DNA from: Escherichia coli
GTDB lineage: Bacteria; Pseudomonadota; Gammaproteobacteria; Enterobacterales; Enterobacteriaceae
Strand: one strand, 5' to 3'
NCBI RefSeq assembly: GCF_030013595.1
Contig: NZ_CP122768.1
Length of the DNA stretch: 64,000 nucleotides
Positions within the stretch are counted from its first letter, which is position 1. The number at the start of each line of letters is the position of its first letter. The notes beneath the pieces were generated by a model. It saw only the letters and a program-made list of their open reading frames with translations. It was not told the DNA's origin and searched no databases. Positions 45,303-56,058 of the stretch are shown in pieces. Both the position numbers and the translations under genes were made by a program.

Positions 45303-46409
45303 ATGAATAAAACAATAACGGCGCTTGCTATCATGATGGCTTCATTTGCCGCAAACGCGTCTGTATTACCGGAAACTCCTGTGCCATTTAAAAGTGGTAC
45401 CGGAGCAATTGATAACGACACTGTCTACATTGGTTTAGGTAGCGCAGGTACGGCATGGTACAAGCTGGATACACAGGCCAAAGATAAAAGATGGACAGCG
45501 TTAGCTGCATTCCCTAGCGGACCGAGAGATCAAGCAACCTCTGCATTTATTGATGGCAATCTGTATGTGTTTGGCGGCATTGGCAAAAACAGCGAGGGCT
45601 TGACTCAGGTATTTAATGACGTACACAAATACAACCCCAAAACCAATAGCTGGGTTAAATTGATGTCGCACGCGCCGATGGGCATGGCGGGCCATGTGAC
45701 TTTTGTACACAACGGCAAGGCTTATGTTACTGGCGGTGTTAACCAGAATATCTTCAATGGCTATTTTGAAGATCTCAACGAGGCTGGAAAAGATTCAACC
45801 GCTATAGATAAAATCAACGCCCACTATTTTGACAAAAAAGCAGAAGATTATTTCTTCAATAAGTTTCTGTTGTCTTTTGATCCCTCAACACAGCAATGGA
45901 GTTACGCTGGCGAATCTCCCTGGTACGGAACGGCTGGTGCGGCGGTTGTGAATAAAGGTGATAAAACCTGGCTTATTAATGGCGAAGCCAAACCAGGATT
46001 GCGAACGGATGCCGTATTTGAACTTGATTTCACCGGTAATAATTTAAAATGGAATAAGCTTGATCCCGTCTCATCACCAGATGGCGTCGCTGGCGGTTTT
46101 GCGGGGATAAGCAATGATTCTCTTATATTTGCCGGAGGGGCCGGATTCAAAGGTTCACGAGAAAATTACCAGAACGGTAAGAACTATGCGCATGAAGGTC
46201 TGAAAAAATCATATAGCGCTGATATTCATCTTTGGCATAACGGGAAATGGGATAAATCGGGTGAATTATCGCAAGGTCGGGCCTACGGAGTATCATTGCC
46301 CTGGAATAATAGTCTATTGATTATTGGCGGTGAAACTGCAGGCGGCAAAGCGGTGACGGATTCAGTTTTGATCTCTGTGAAGGATAATAAAGTCACAGTA
46401 CAAAACTAA
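45303..46409 (+). CDS. nanM: N-acetylneuraminate mutarotase NanM (Kelch-repeat beta-propeller)
   Basis: ORF in track, start chosen at MNKTITALAIMMASFAANA (368 aa); synteny after nanC. Confidence 0.9.
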   Translation: MNKTITALAIMMASFAANASVLPETPVPFKSGTGAIDNDTVYIGLGSAGTAWYKLDTQAKDKRWTALAAFPSGPRDQATSAFIDGNLYVFGGIGKNSEGLTQVFNDVHKYNPKTNSWVKLMSHAPMGMAGHVTFVHNGKAYVTGGVNQNIFNGYFEDLNEAGKDSTAIDKINAHYFDKKAEDYFFNKFLLSFDPSTQQWSYAGESPWYGTAGAAVVNKGDKTWLINGEAKPGLRTDAVFELDFTGNNLKWNKLDPVSSPDGVAGGFAGISNDSLIFAGGAGFKGSRENYQNGKNYAHEGLKKSYSADIHLWHNGKWDKSGELSQGRAYGVSLPWNNSLLIIGGETAGGKAVTDSVLISVKDNKVTVQN

Positions 46410-46473
46410 TGCTTCAGGGCCCCAGTAAAGGGGCCCTGCTATCAATTTATCATTTCAATTACGCGAAAATTAT

Positions 46474-47454
46474 ATGAACGCAATAATATCGCCCGATTAT
46501 TACTATGTTCTTACCGTTGCTGGTCAGTCTAATGCCATGGCGTATGGCGAAGGACTGCCATTACCGGACGGGGAAGATGCGCTTCATCCCAGAATTAAAC
46601 AATTAGCGAGATTTGCGCATACGCATCCCGGAGGCCCGTCATGTCACTTTAACGACATTATTCCACTGACTCACTGCCCACACGATGTTCAGGATATGCA
46701 GGGTTATCACCATCCTCTGGCAACGAATCATCAAACACAGTACGGCACCGTTGGCCAGGCACTGCATATAGCACGGAAATTACTGCCCTTCATTCCTGAT
46801 AATGCAGGGATTCTCATCGTTCCGTGTTGCCGTGGCGGATCGGCTTTTACCGCGGGCAGCGAAGGGACATATTCAGAACGGCACGGAGCCAGCCATGATG
46901 CTTGTCGTTGGGGAACGGATACTCCGCTATACCAGGATTTAGTCAGCAGAACGCGAGTCGCACTGGCAAAAAATCCGCATAACAAATTCCTCGGCGTATG
47001 CTGGATGCAAGGCGAATTTGACTTAATGACCAGTGACTACGCGTCACACCCTCAATACTTTAATCATATGGTTGAAGCCTTTCGTAGGGATCTAAAACAA
47101 TACCATTCTCAGCTTAATAATATTACTGACGCACCGTGGTTTTGCGGCGATACCACCTGGTACTGGAAAGAAAATTTCCCTCATGCGTATGAAGCGATTT
47201 ATGGCAATTATCAAAATAATGTTTTAGCCAATATTATTTTCGTCGACTTCCAGCAACAAGGTGAAAGAGGACTGACGAACGCGCCTGATGAAGATCCGGA
47301 CGATTTAAGCACGGGATATTACGGTTCAGCGTACCGGTCACCGGAGAACTGGACGACGGCACTGCGAAGCAGTCATTTCAGCGCGGCAGCCCGTCGGGGG
47401 ATTATTTCTGACAGGTTTGTAGAAGCAATTTTGCGGTTTTGGCGCGAAAGGTGA
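46474..47454 (+). CDS. nanS: 9-O-acetyl-N-acetylneuraminate esterase NanS
   Basis: 326-aa ORF; synteny in the nanCMS operon. Confidence 0.85.
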   Translation: MNAIISPDYYYVLTVAGQSNAMAYGEGLPLPDGEDALHPRIKQLARFAHTHPGGPSCHFNDIIPLTHCPHDVQDMQGYHHPLATNHQTQYGTVGQALHIARKLLPFIPDNAGILIVPCCRGGSAFTAGSEGTYSERHGASHDACRWGTDTPLYQDLVSRTRVALAKNPHNKFLGVCWMQGEFDLMTSDYASHPQYFNHMVEAFRRDLKQYHSQLNNITDAPWFCGDTTWYWKENFPHAYEAIYGNYQNNVLANIIFVDFQQQGERGLTNAPDEDPDDLSTGYYGSAYRSPENWTTALRSSHFSAAARRGIISDRFVEAILRFWRER

Positions 47455-47608
47455 GCGTTCATTAATTTGATTTATTTGCATCCATTAGCGCTTTTAACTG
47501 CTCCGGCGAAAACGGTGGTTTGCGTCGGTGCAACATCGCATGGCAATTGGGGTACACAGGCAGCAAAAAAACAAATGAGATCAAGGTAATATATCTTCAC
47601 TTGCAGGC

Positions 47609-48538
47609 TTGAACAGCAGAAAATTTGCGAGCATGATCGCAATTATTTCACTGCCAGGGATATCAATGGCTTCCAGTAAATCGCTACAGCAGGCAATTGC
47701 CAATATAAAAATCTGGCACAAGGGTGAACAGCGCGCGCCGCATAAGCCATTGTTATTGCTATACGTATTAGCGGGATACCTGAATGGACATCCGCGCCTT
47801 TTCGATTATGGATCGGAAATCTACGAACCTCTGCACAGTTTACTGGAACGTTTTGGGCCACAGCGTTCACAGTACCGACCTGATATGCCGTTCTGGCGAT
47901 TACAAGGCGACGGATTCTGGCAATTACACAATGCCGAGCTTTGCTCAACAGCAGGGAGCAGCCGACAACCACCAGTGAAGGAACTGATTGAATACCACGT
48001 TGCAGGCGGTTTCGATGAACAGCACTACGCCCTGGTAACTGGCAATAAAAAACTCATCAATACTCTGGCGCAACAGATACTCGAAGCGCACTTCACCGAG
48101 AGTATTCAGGAAGAAATTGCTGACGAGCTGGGTTTTGATCTCCAGCAAATCCGTAAACAGCGCGACCCGTTATTTCGCAAAAATGTATTACGCGCTTATA
48201 AATACCAGTGCGCGATATGTGGCTTTAATATGCGCCACGACGACGCCACCGTCGCGCTTGAAGCGGCGCATATAAAATGGAAACAGCACGGCGGTCCTTG
48301 TGAAATTCCTAATGGCCTAGCGCTTTGCGCAATTCACCATAAAGCCTTTGATAAAGGATCGATTGGCCTGGACGAAAATATGCGGGTACTGGTATCAGAT
48401 GCGGTAAACGGCGGAGGGATCGTTGAGAGATTATTCTGGGATTTTGACGGGAAAACTATTGCGTTGCCGCAGGTGCGTAAAAATTACCCTTATGAGGTGT
48501 TTGTTGAGTGGCATCGGAAAGAGGTTTTTAGGGGGTGA
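47609..48538 (+). CDS. HNH-endonuclease domain protein with uncharacterised N-terminal domain (possible type IV restriction-like enzyme)
   Basis: C-terminal HNH signature CAICGF...EAAHIKWKQHGGPCEIPNGLALCAIHHKAFD; N-terminal ~200 residues unassigned. Confidence 0.65.
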   Translation: MNSRKFASMIAIISLPGISMASSKSLQQAIANIKIWHKGEQRAPHKPLLLLYVLAGYLNGHPRLFDYGSEIYEPLHSLLERFGPQRSQYRPDMPFWRLQGDGFWQLHNAELCSTAGSSRQPPVKELIEYHVAGGFDEQHYALVTGNKKLINTLAQQILEAHFTESIQEEIADELGFDLQQIRKQRDPLFRKNVLRAYKYQCAICGFNMRHDDATVALEAAHIKWKQHGGPCEIPNGLALCAIHHKAFDKGSIGLDENMRVLVSDAVNGGGIVERLFWDFDGKTIALPQVRKNYPYEVFVEWHRKEVFRG

Positions 48539-49094
48539 GGTTGATAACTATCGCAGTATGTTCAATATTGCTGACATAATCAGTGCAGGATCTTGCCGCT
48601 AGTTTACAACTCGCCTTCGATAGCGGCGCAAAACGAGTTCTGTTGCCGATATCCTGGGCTATGGATATTTCAACAGTTCCGGCAGAGTTGTTTACCAAGT
48701 TTCAGGTAAGTTTTTACTCATAACCGGTTGATGCGGTTTATAAGGCGCTGGATGTGAATTAACACATTCCTCAGTTTATTTACAAAAGGATTATTCCCAT
48801 TTGATATAATATAAGTGCCAATTTACTTTTTCAATGGAATATATCTCGGCTAAATAACAATAAAACTTATCGCTAATGGATTAAATAAACAATTTTCTAA
48901 TTTATTTCACCACCTTTGATATAGAAATTGATGGTGTTGTCGCTGCCATTGCTTATGGTGATGATAAAATCCACGTTTCTGGATCGGTGCGTAGAAAATC
49001 ATCACTACCTTGATATTTTGATGCGATATGATCATACCGTTCCGTAGTACCAATTTCAACTTCAGGCTAAACCCCAACATTAAAAAATTTAGAG

Positions 49095-49136
49095 TTATTC
49101 ACTGATTATATTATCATTAATATAATCAGTGAATAA
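49095..49136. repeat. Perfect 19-bp inverted repeat with 4-bp spacer
   Basis: TTATTCACTGATTATATTA-TCAT-TAATATAATCAGTGAATAA, checked base by base; lies 116 bp downstream of the 651-aa gene. Confidence 0.8.
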
Positions 49137-49251
49137 CATGGACTATATAATAAATTGCTCTAATCATTTCCCTTACGAATATATGGGCCAAAAGCCCAAG
49201 AATCATAATAAGGGTGATGGACTAATTTTTCATTAAATCGAACACTATAAG

Positions 49252-51207
49252 TTAATTTTTTATATTTTTACGTACAGCATTAATACTGGGCAAAGAGGAA
49301 AGATAATCTATAAACTTATCGATAGTGATTTCCCCTTCGCAACACTCAAACCCATCAATGATATTTTTCGCCATTTTTCCATTTTCATTTGTTTGATATA
49401 TCACTCCAGGTATTCGTTGAAAAAAACTAGATAATGCATATTTGTCCGCTACATATGTATCATCCACATGATATTTCCCACCGAGCATAGTTGTAGTAAC
49501 AATAAGCTTATACACACCTTTGGGTTGCCATGTTGATGGTAGTTCGAATTCTTTAATGATCACATCAAGATGATTAAGATAATGTTCAGAAATTCGATTT
49601 ATTTGTTGAAAATAAGAACGCATAAATTTATTATTATGATCATGTATTAATGAGCTATCTCCAACGATGTTACACACTTGCTGATAGTACTTACCATAAT
49701 ATATTGGTTGACCATTTGATTTTAGTTCTGTAAAAATCAAACAATCATCCAAGAGAATCACGCAATCGCACTGATAATTAGCATGAGCATCAATTGGAGA
49801 AGCTTTAATCCCCGCATCACGAACTTGTTTTATAAATTGTTGTTCATGAAATCGCCCTTTACTTGCTTGAGAAATTTTTTTGGAACCAAATAATGACATT
49901 AGAGAGCGAGTCACTGAGCTATTTGCTATTAATGCAGGCATTAAGAATAAACCGTCCATACAGGGAATAAATGGGCAATCATTAAGATCATGTGATTTTG
50001 AATTGAAGGTAAAATAATCTATCAGTTTTTTTGCTGCATCTGCTGCAATCCCCTTACGTTGAAAGAATGATAACCAACTCTCACGGCTTTTTATGATCAG
50101 CCAGCGCTCCAACTGTAGGGGTATAGGCTTTGTCGATGAAAATCTTTTGCTCATTTCTTCTTTAGATAACTCGACTAAACATTGATAAGCGTGCACCCAA
50201 TTAAATAATGATATATTCCCATATTCTTCATGAAGGTCATCAGGAGACATATTTTCTAACTCGCTTAGATGAAATGAGCTAAAAACGCCATCAGAATTTA
50301 AGTAAGATGGCATATGATCCTTTACCCAACTATTTAGATGAAAATGTTTGTTACTAAATTCATGAACTTCGCTATATAGATGTGACGCTCTCATCATTAG
50401 TCTATTTCTTGCAATCTCATAATCTCGGTATAAACAAAAACTATCAACCTCAAGAGAGTAAATGTTATTATCCAATTTTGTAAATACTGCACTACTTAGT
50501 CTGAAAAAATCTCTTACTCTGCTTAATGAGTCAAAAACATTCCACTCATTAAGGTACCCTCCCATTGAAAGCAAGGTTTGTTTATTCACACAAGAAGTTA
50601 GTTTCAATGGCCCATGAGTCCGTAAATAAGAAAATATTCTTCCGGTGTAATTGGCTACCTCATCAAATGCCCTATCGATAACTCGAAAATATTCGATATC
50701 AGGTTCAGCATGAATATTAATATTTTCAGAAACGATAAATAATGGAAAAATCCTCTTCATTTTTTTAGGATCATTGACCACAACCAAGGATGATAATGAT
50801 GATAAAAACATCTCACAAAACATGATGAGATTAAGTATTAATGCATGTGATTTTTTTGTATTTTTACGCCAAATACCAGCACATTTTGTAGCCGCAAAGA
50901 AAGAATTATTTATATCATGCATAATTTTACATTGACTCTCGAACTCAGAGATTAGTTCAATGTTATCAGGAAATGAGTTTCCTAGCTCATTAATACATTT
51001 TTTGAATGTATTGTTATACTCAACTTCAGTCTGAACTGAAAATCTATTATAATAGATGGAAGATATTCTTAGCACATCCAAGGCGATATCTATACTAATA
51101 TCATCTCTTTTTATGTACTCACAAAAAAAAGAACAAAACTGTTTCGGGTCGTTAGCAAGATTACTAATTCTAGTGGTATCATAAACTTTTTCCATTTTTC
51201 CATACAT
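49252..51207 (-). CDS. Uncharacterised low-GC 651-aa protein at the leuX islet
   Basis: Long ORF in strongly AT-rich DNA immediately 3' of tRNA-Leu (leuX); possible PD-(D/E)xK-like motif (CDCVILLDDCLIFTELK) near residue 480; otherwise no recognisable domain. Confidence 0.7.
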   Translation of the reverse strand: MYGKMEKVYDTTRISNLANDPKQFCSFFCEYIKRDDISIDIALDVLRISSIYYNRFSVQTEVEYNNTFKKCINELGNSFPDNIELISEFESQCKIMHDINNSFFAATKCAGIWRKNTKKSHALILNLIMFCEMFLSSLSSLVVVNDPKKMKRIFPLFIVSENINIHAEPDIEYFRVIDRAFDEVANYTGRIFSYLRTHGPLKLTSCVNKQTLLSMGGYLNEWNVFDSLSRVRDFFRLSSAVFTKLDNNIYSLEVDSFCLYRDYEIARNRLMMRASHLYSEVHEFSNKHFHLNSWVKDHMPSYLNSDGVFSSFHLSELENMSPDDLHEEYGNISLFNWVHAYQCLVELSKEEMSKRFSSTKPIPLQLERWLIIKSRESWLSFFQRKGIAADAAKKLIDYFTFNSKSHDLNDCPFIPCMDGLFLMPALIANSSVTRSLMSLFGSKKISQASKGRFHEQQFIKQVRDAGIKASPIDAHANYQCDCVILLDDCLIFTELKSNGQPIYYGKYYQQVCNIVGDSSLIHDHNNKFMRSYFQQINRISEHYLNHLDVIIKEFELPSTWQPKGVYKLIVTTTMLGGKYHVDDTYVADKYALSSFFQRIPGVIYQTNENGKMAKNIIDGFECCEGEITIDKFIDYLSSLPSINAVRKNIKN

Positions 51208-51883
51208 CCTATTGTCTAAATTACTATAAAACTAGCCACTTAACTAATAATTATAAATTTCATCTTTTACACCTTGCATTTTTATAACCAATGAAATCTA
51301 CAACAAGCAACTGATGGATAATCCGATATTGGTCGCATTTAATGGCATGGTAGCAAAGTTTTCATCACATACCTCCTTTGCACCAGAATAAACGCCAGAG
51401 ATCTGAAATTGCGAGTACACTACAGAAATTGTACTGCCGGTCCCATCAGCATAAAACCATAGTTACACAGGTAATCATCATTATTCGCCAAGATAATAAA
51501 TATTATTCGGTAGAATAGCGTTCTCAGGTGGTCAGTAAAATTGTCTTCAACAAGATGTCTGCGCATCTCGTCTGCTAGCCCTACATAACTGCTCTCGACC
51601 GAAACTATTTATTGAATGTTCACCAAGGTGGCGTGGAGACAAAATGACGTCTTTTGATATTAGCTACCTGAGCCACATGGTCAAAACGTTCAAGTAGCAT
51701 ACCGAAACCACCCTGCCCACGTAATGTGGACGATGCAGCTTCCAGCCAGAGCAAACTTGGGACCATCGACTACAAAATGAAGAATACTGAACTGCTTTTC
51801 TGGCAGGCCTATATACTGCACGGATATGGGTGATTTCAGACACAAAAAAAGCCGCTCTTGAGCGACTCGATTTGCATACGGTG

Positions 51884-51968
51884 TGGTGCCGAAGGCCGGA
51901 CTCGAACCGGCACGTATTTCTACGGTTGATTTTGAATCAACTGCGTCTACCGATTTCGCCACTTCGGC
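51884..51968 (-). tRNA. leuX: tRNA-Leu (anticodon CAA), leuX
   Basis: Reverse complement of 51884..51968 is GCCGAAGTGGCGAAATCGGTAGACGCAGTTGATTCAAAATCAACCGTAGAAATACGTGCCGGTTCGAGTCCGGCCTTCGGCACCA, with wild-type CAA anticodon and encoded CCA end. Confidence 0.95.
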
Positions 51969-52163
51969 ACTGAAGAGGTATGCGGAAAACGTTGTGGATT
52001 ATACCTGTCGCACGCCACCATGCAAGCGCCAGCTTGCTCGCACCTCGCTAAGTGCTGAAATTTTCAGCATTGCATACAGCGATGTGTAACCTTTGTCACA
52101 CTCCAGGCACCCCGCCCTGCCATGCTCTACACTTCCCAGACAACACCAGAGAAGGACCAAAAA

Positions 52164-53183
52164 ATGTCGATGATAAAAAGCTATGCCGCAAAAGAAGCTG
52201 GCGGCGAACTGGAACTTTATGAGTATGATCCCGGTGAATTGAAGCCACAATATGTTGAAGTGCAGGTGGATTACTGCGGGATCTGCCATTCCGATCTGTC
52301 GATGATCGACAACGAATGGGGATTTTCACAATATCCGCTGGTTGCCGGGCATGAGGTGATTGGGCGCGTGGTGGCACTAGGGAGCGCCGCGCAGGATAAA
52401 GGTTTGCAGGTCGGTCAGCGTGTCGGGATTGGCTGGACGGCGCGTAGCTGTGGTCACTGCGACGCCTGTATTAGCGGTAATCAGATCAACTGCGAGCAAG
52501 GTGCGGTGCCGACGATTATGAATCGCGGTGGCTTTGCCGAGAAGTTGCGTGCGGACTGGCAATGGGTGATTCCACTGCCAGAAAATATTGATATCGAGTC
52601 CGCCGGGCCGCTGTTGTGCGGCGGTATCACGGTCTTTAAACCACTGTTGATGCACCATATCACTGCTACCAGCCGCGTTGGGGTAATTGGTATTGGCGGG
52701 CTGGGGCATATCGCTATAAAACTTCTGCACGCAATGGGATGCGAGGTGACAGCCTTTAGTTCAAATCCGGCGAAAGAGCAGGAAGTACTGGCGATGGGTG
52801 CCGATAAAGTGGTGAATAGCCGCGATCCGCAGGCACTGAAAACACTTGCGGGGCAGTTCGATCTCATTATCAACACCGTCAACGTCAGCCTCGACTGGCA
52901 GCCCTATTTTGAGGCGCTGACCTATGGCGGTAATTTCCATACGGTCGGTGCGGTTCTCACGCCGTTGCCGGTTCCGGCCTTTACGCTGATTGCGGGCGAT
53001 CGCAGTGTCTCTGGTTCTGCTACCGGCACGCCTTATGAGTTGCGTAAGCTGATGCGCTTTGCCGCCCGCAGCAAGGTTGCGCCGACCACCGAACTGTTCC
53101 CGATGTCGAAAATAAACGACGCCATCCAGCATGTGCGCAACGGTAAGGCGCGTTACCGCGTGGTTCTGAAAGCCGATTTTTGA
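52164..53183 (+). CDS. ahr: Zn-dependent NADPH aldehyde reductase Ahr (YjgB)
   Basis: ORF with start chosen at [14 protein letters not shown] (339 aa); MDR family Zn-ligand motif GHEVIG and CGICHSD. Confidence 0.9.
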   Translation: MSMIKSYAAKEAGGELELYEYDPGELKPQYVEVQVDYCGICHSDLSMIDNEWGFSQYPLVAGHEVIGRVVALGSAAQDKGLQVGQRVGIGWTARSCGHCDACISGNQINCEQGAVPTIMNRGGFAEKLRADWQWVIPLPENIDIESAGPLLCGGITVFKPLLMHHITATSRVGVIGIGGLGHIAIKLLHAMGCEVTAFSSNPAKEQEVLAMGADKVVNSRDPQALKTLAGQFDLIINTVNVSLDWQPYFEALTYGGNFHTVGAVLTPLPVPAFTLIAGDRSVSGSATGTPYELRKLMRFAARSKVAPTTELFPMSKINDAIQHVRNGKARYRVVLKADF

Positions 53184-53312
53184 TCCCTTTGCCGGGTGCC
53201 TGTCGCCCGGCACTTAACTCTCTTTGGAAGGCGTCTCGCAATCTGCTGAATTTAGCGGTGAAGAGTGCGCAGCCGTTGCCTATACTCCAGGCAGGAAACT
53301 GGAGGAAATCTC

Positions 53313-54815
53313 ATGAGCGAACCCCTGTTAATTGCCCGCACGTCGGATACAGAACTGTTTTTATTGCCGGGAATGGCGAATCGTCACGGGCTGATTACTG
53401 GCGCAACGGGGACGGGTAAAACCGTTACGCTGCAAAAACTGGCAGAGTCATTGTCGGAAATCGGTGTTCCGGTGTTTATGGCCGATGTGAAAGGTGATTT
53501 AACGGGAGTTGCGGAGGGAGGTACATCTTCGGAAAAACTGCTCGCAAGGCTTAAAAATATCGGCGTAAATGACTGGCAACCTCATGCTAATCCGGTGGTG
53601 GTGTGGGATATCTTTGGCGAGAAAGGCCACCCGGTGCGGGCGACGGTTTCGGATCTGGGGCCGCTGTTGCTGGCGCGACTGTTGAATCTCAACGATGTGC
53701 AATCTGGCGTGCTGAATATTATCTTTCGTATTGCTGATGATCAGGGGCTGTTACTGCTCGACTTTAAAGATTTGCGGGCGATTACCCAGTACATCGGCGA
53801 TAACGCCAAATCCTTCCAGAATCAGTACGGTAATATCAGTAGCGCATCGGTTGGTGCCATCCAGCGCGGGCTGTTATCGCTGGAACAGCAAGGCGCAACA
53901 CACTTTTTTGGTGAGCCGATGCTGGATATCAAAGACTGGATGCGCACCGATGCCAACGGTAAAGGCGTTATCAATATCCTCAGCGCCGAGAAGCTTTATC
54001 AGATGCCGAAACTGTACGCCGCCAGTCTGCTGTGGATGCTTTCAGAGTTGTATGAACAATTGCCGGAAGCGGGCGATCTGGAGAAACCAAAACTGGTGTT
54101 TTTCTTCGACGAGGCACATCTGCTGTTTAACGATGCACCGCAGGTACTGCTGGATAAGATTGAGCAGGTAATAAGGCTTATTCGCTCAAAAGGCGTGGGC
54201 GTCTGGTTCGTTTCGCAAAACCCGTCAGATATTCCGGATAATGTGCTCGGCCAGCTCGGTAATCGCGTTCAACACGCTTTACGGGCTTTTACGCCCAAAG
54301 ATCAGAAAGCAGTAAAAGCTGCGGCGCAAACCATGCGGGCCAATCCAGCGTTTGATACCGAAAAGGCAATCCAGGAACTGGGGACCGGCGAGGCGTTGAT
54401 CTCGTTTCTCGATGCGAAAGGAAGTCCTTCAGTGGTGGAGCGGGCGATGGTGATCGCACCTTGTTCGCGAATGGGGCCGGTGACGGAAGATGAGCGTAAC
54501 GGCCTGATTAATCACTCCCCTGTGTATGGCAAGTATGAAGATGACGTGGACCGCGAGTCCGCCTATGAGATGTTGCAAAAAGGCTTTCAGGCCAGTATCG
54601 AGCAGCAAAATAATCCTCCCGCGAAAGGGAAAGAGGTGGCGGTGGATGACGGTATTCTTGGTGGATTGAAGGATATTTTGTTTGGCACTACCGGACCACG
54701 CGGCGGGAAGAAAGATGGAGTGGTGCAAACAATGGCGAAAAGCGCCGCCCGCCAGGTGACGAATCAGATTGTGCGTGGGATGTTGGGGAGTTTGCTGGGG
54801 GGGAGAAAAAGGTAA
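53313..54815 (+). CDS. yjgR: DUF853 P-loop NTPase YjgR
   Basis: ORF with start chosen at [11 protein letters not shown] (500 aa); Walker A GATGTGKT. Confidence 0.9.
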   Translation: MSEPLLIARTSDTELFLLPGMANRHGLITGATGTGKTVTLQKLAESLSEIGVPVFMADVKGDLTGVAEGGTSSEKLLARLKNIGVNDWQPHANPVVVWDIFGEKGHPVRATVSDLGPLLLARLLNLNDVQSGVLNIIFRIADDQGLLLLDFKDLRAITQYIGDNAKSFQNQYGNISSASVGAIQRGLLSLEQQGATHFFGEPMLDIKDWMRTDANGKGVINILSAEKLYQMPKLYAASLLWMLSELYEQLPEAGDLEKPKLVFFFDEAHLLFNDAPQVLLDKIEQVIRLIRSKGVGVWFVSQNPSDIPDNVLGQLGNRVQHALRAFTPKDQKAVKAAAQTMRANPAFDTEKAIQELGTGEALISFLDAKGSPSVVERAMVIAPCSRMGPVTEDERNGLINHSPVYGKYEDDVDRESAYEMLQKGFQASIEQQNNPPAKGKEVAVDDGILGGLKDILFGTTGPRGGKKDGVVQTMAKSAARQVTNQIVRGMLGSLLGGRKR

Positions 54816-54975
54816 GTCAGGTGCGATTTGTCTTTGCCTGATGCGACGCTGGCGCGCTTTATCATGCCTACACTACTGCAATATATTGAATTTTCATGAT
54901 TTTTCAGGCATGAACGAAGCACACTTTGCTAACAATAATAAAGGGAGCTTTCGCTCCCTTTATTCGTTCATCAGG

Positions 54976-56058
54976 TTACGATTTTCTCATTAACAGCCAC
55001 AGGCTGATTAAGAAGAAGCTGGCGCTTGGCAACAGTGCGCCGATAATCGGCGGGATGCCGTAAACCAACGTCAGCGGGCCGAAGATCTGGTCCAGTACGT
55101 AGAAGACAAAACCGAAGCTGATACCGGTGACCACACGCACGCCCATCGGTACGCTACGCAGTGGGCCAAAGATAAACGACAGCGCCATCAGCATCATCAC
55201 CGCCACGGATAGAGGCTGGAAGATTTTGCTCCACATGTTGAGCTGATAACGTCCGGCATCCTGACCGCTCGACTTTAGATACTTCACATAGTTGTGCAAA
55301 CCACTGATGGAGAGTGCATCCGGGTCCAGTGCCACCACGCCCAGTTTGTCTGGCGTGAGGTTGGTTTTCCAGGTGCCGCTCACCGTCTGCGAACCGGTGA
55401 TCTGTTTCGGATTGGTCAGATCAGATTCATCAACCTGCGACAGACGCCAGACTTTATGTTCCGGGTCAAACTTCGCGGTAGCGGCATAGCGTACGGATTG
55501 CAGACGACGATTCTCGTTAAAGGCATAAATACTGATGCCACCTAACTCTTCGTCACCTTTAACCCGCTCAATGTAGACGAAGTTGTTGCCATCTTTCGCC
55601 CATAAGCCTTGCTGAGTAGAGAGCAACGAGCCGCCGTACATCGCCTGCGCACGGTAGTTACGCGCCATCTGTTCGCCCTGCGGCGCGACCCATTCGCCAA
55701 TCGCCATCGTCAGCAAGACCAGCGGAATGGCGGTTTTCATCACCGACAGCGCTACCTGCATACGGGTAAAACCAGAAGCCTGCATCACCACCAGTTCGCT
55801 GCGCTGCGCCAGCATCCCAAGACCAAGCAACGCCCCAAGCAGAGCCGCCATCGGGAAGAAGATTTGCACATCTTTCGGCACGCTCAGCAAGGTATACATT
55901 CCTGCGCCTAACGCGTCGTAACTCCCCTGCCCGGCTTTTTTCAGCTGATCGACAAACTTGATAATGCCCGACAGCGACACCAGCATGAACAGCGTCATCA
56001 TGATGGTGGTGAAAATAGTTTTACCGATATAGCGGTCAAGTACGCCAAAAGGTTGCAT
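54976..56058 (-). CDS. lptG: LPS export ABC permease LptG
   Basis: 360-aa membrane ORF overlapping the lptF stop; synteny. Confidence 0.95.
   Translation of the reverse strand: MQPFGVLDRYIGKTIFTTIMMTLFMLVSLSGIIKFVDQLKKAGQGSYDALGAGMYTLLSVPKDVQIFFPMAALLGALLGLGMLAQRSELVVMQASGFTRMQVALSVMKTAIPLVLLTMAIGEWVAPQGEQMARNYRAQAMYGGSLLSTQQGLWAKDGNNFVYIERVKGDEELGGISIYAFNENRRLQSVRYAATAKFDPEHKVWRLSQVDESDLTNPKQITGSQTVSGTWKTNLTPDKLGVVALDPDALSISGLHNYVKYLKSSGQDAGRYQLNMWSKIFQPLSVAVMMLMALSFIFGPLRSVPMGVRVVTGISFGFVFYVLDQIFGPLTLVYGIPPIIGALLPSASFFLISLWLLMRKS

Noticed and set aside
51208-51883. Possible integrase remnant or att repeat between the 651-aa gene and leuX
   Set aside because: By eye I found only short ORFs (under 50 aa) with no resemblance to P4-type integrases and no clear repeat of the tRNA 3' end; this needs a computational repeat search before any call.
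51884-51968. leuX as a supP amber suppressor explaining the hypT TAG
   Set aside because: The anticodon in the sequence is wild-type CAA, not CUA.
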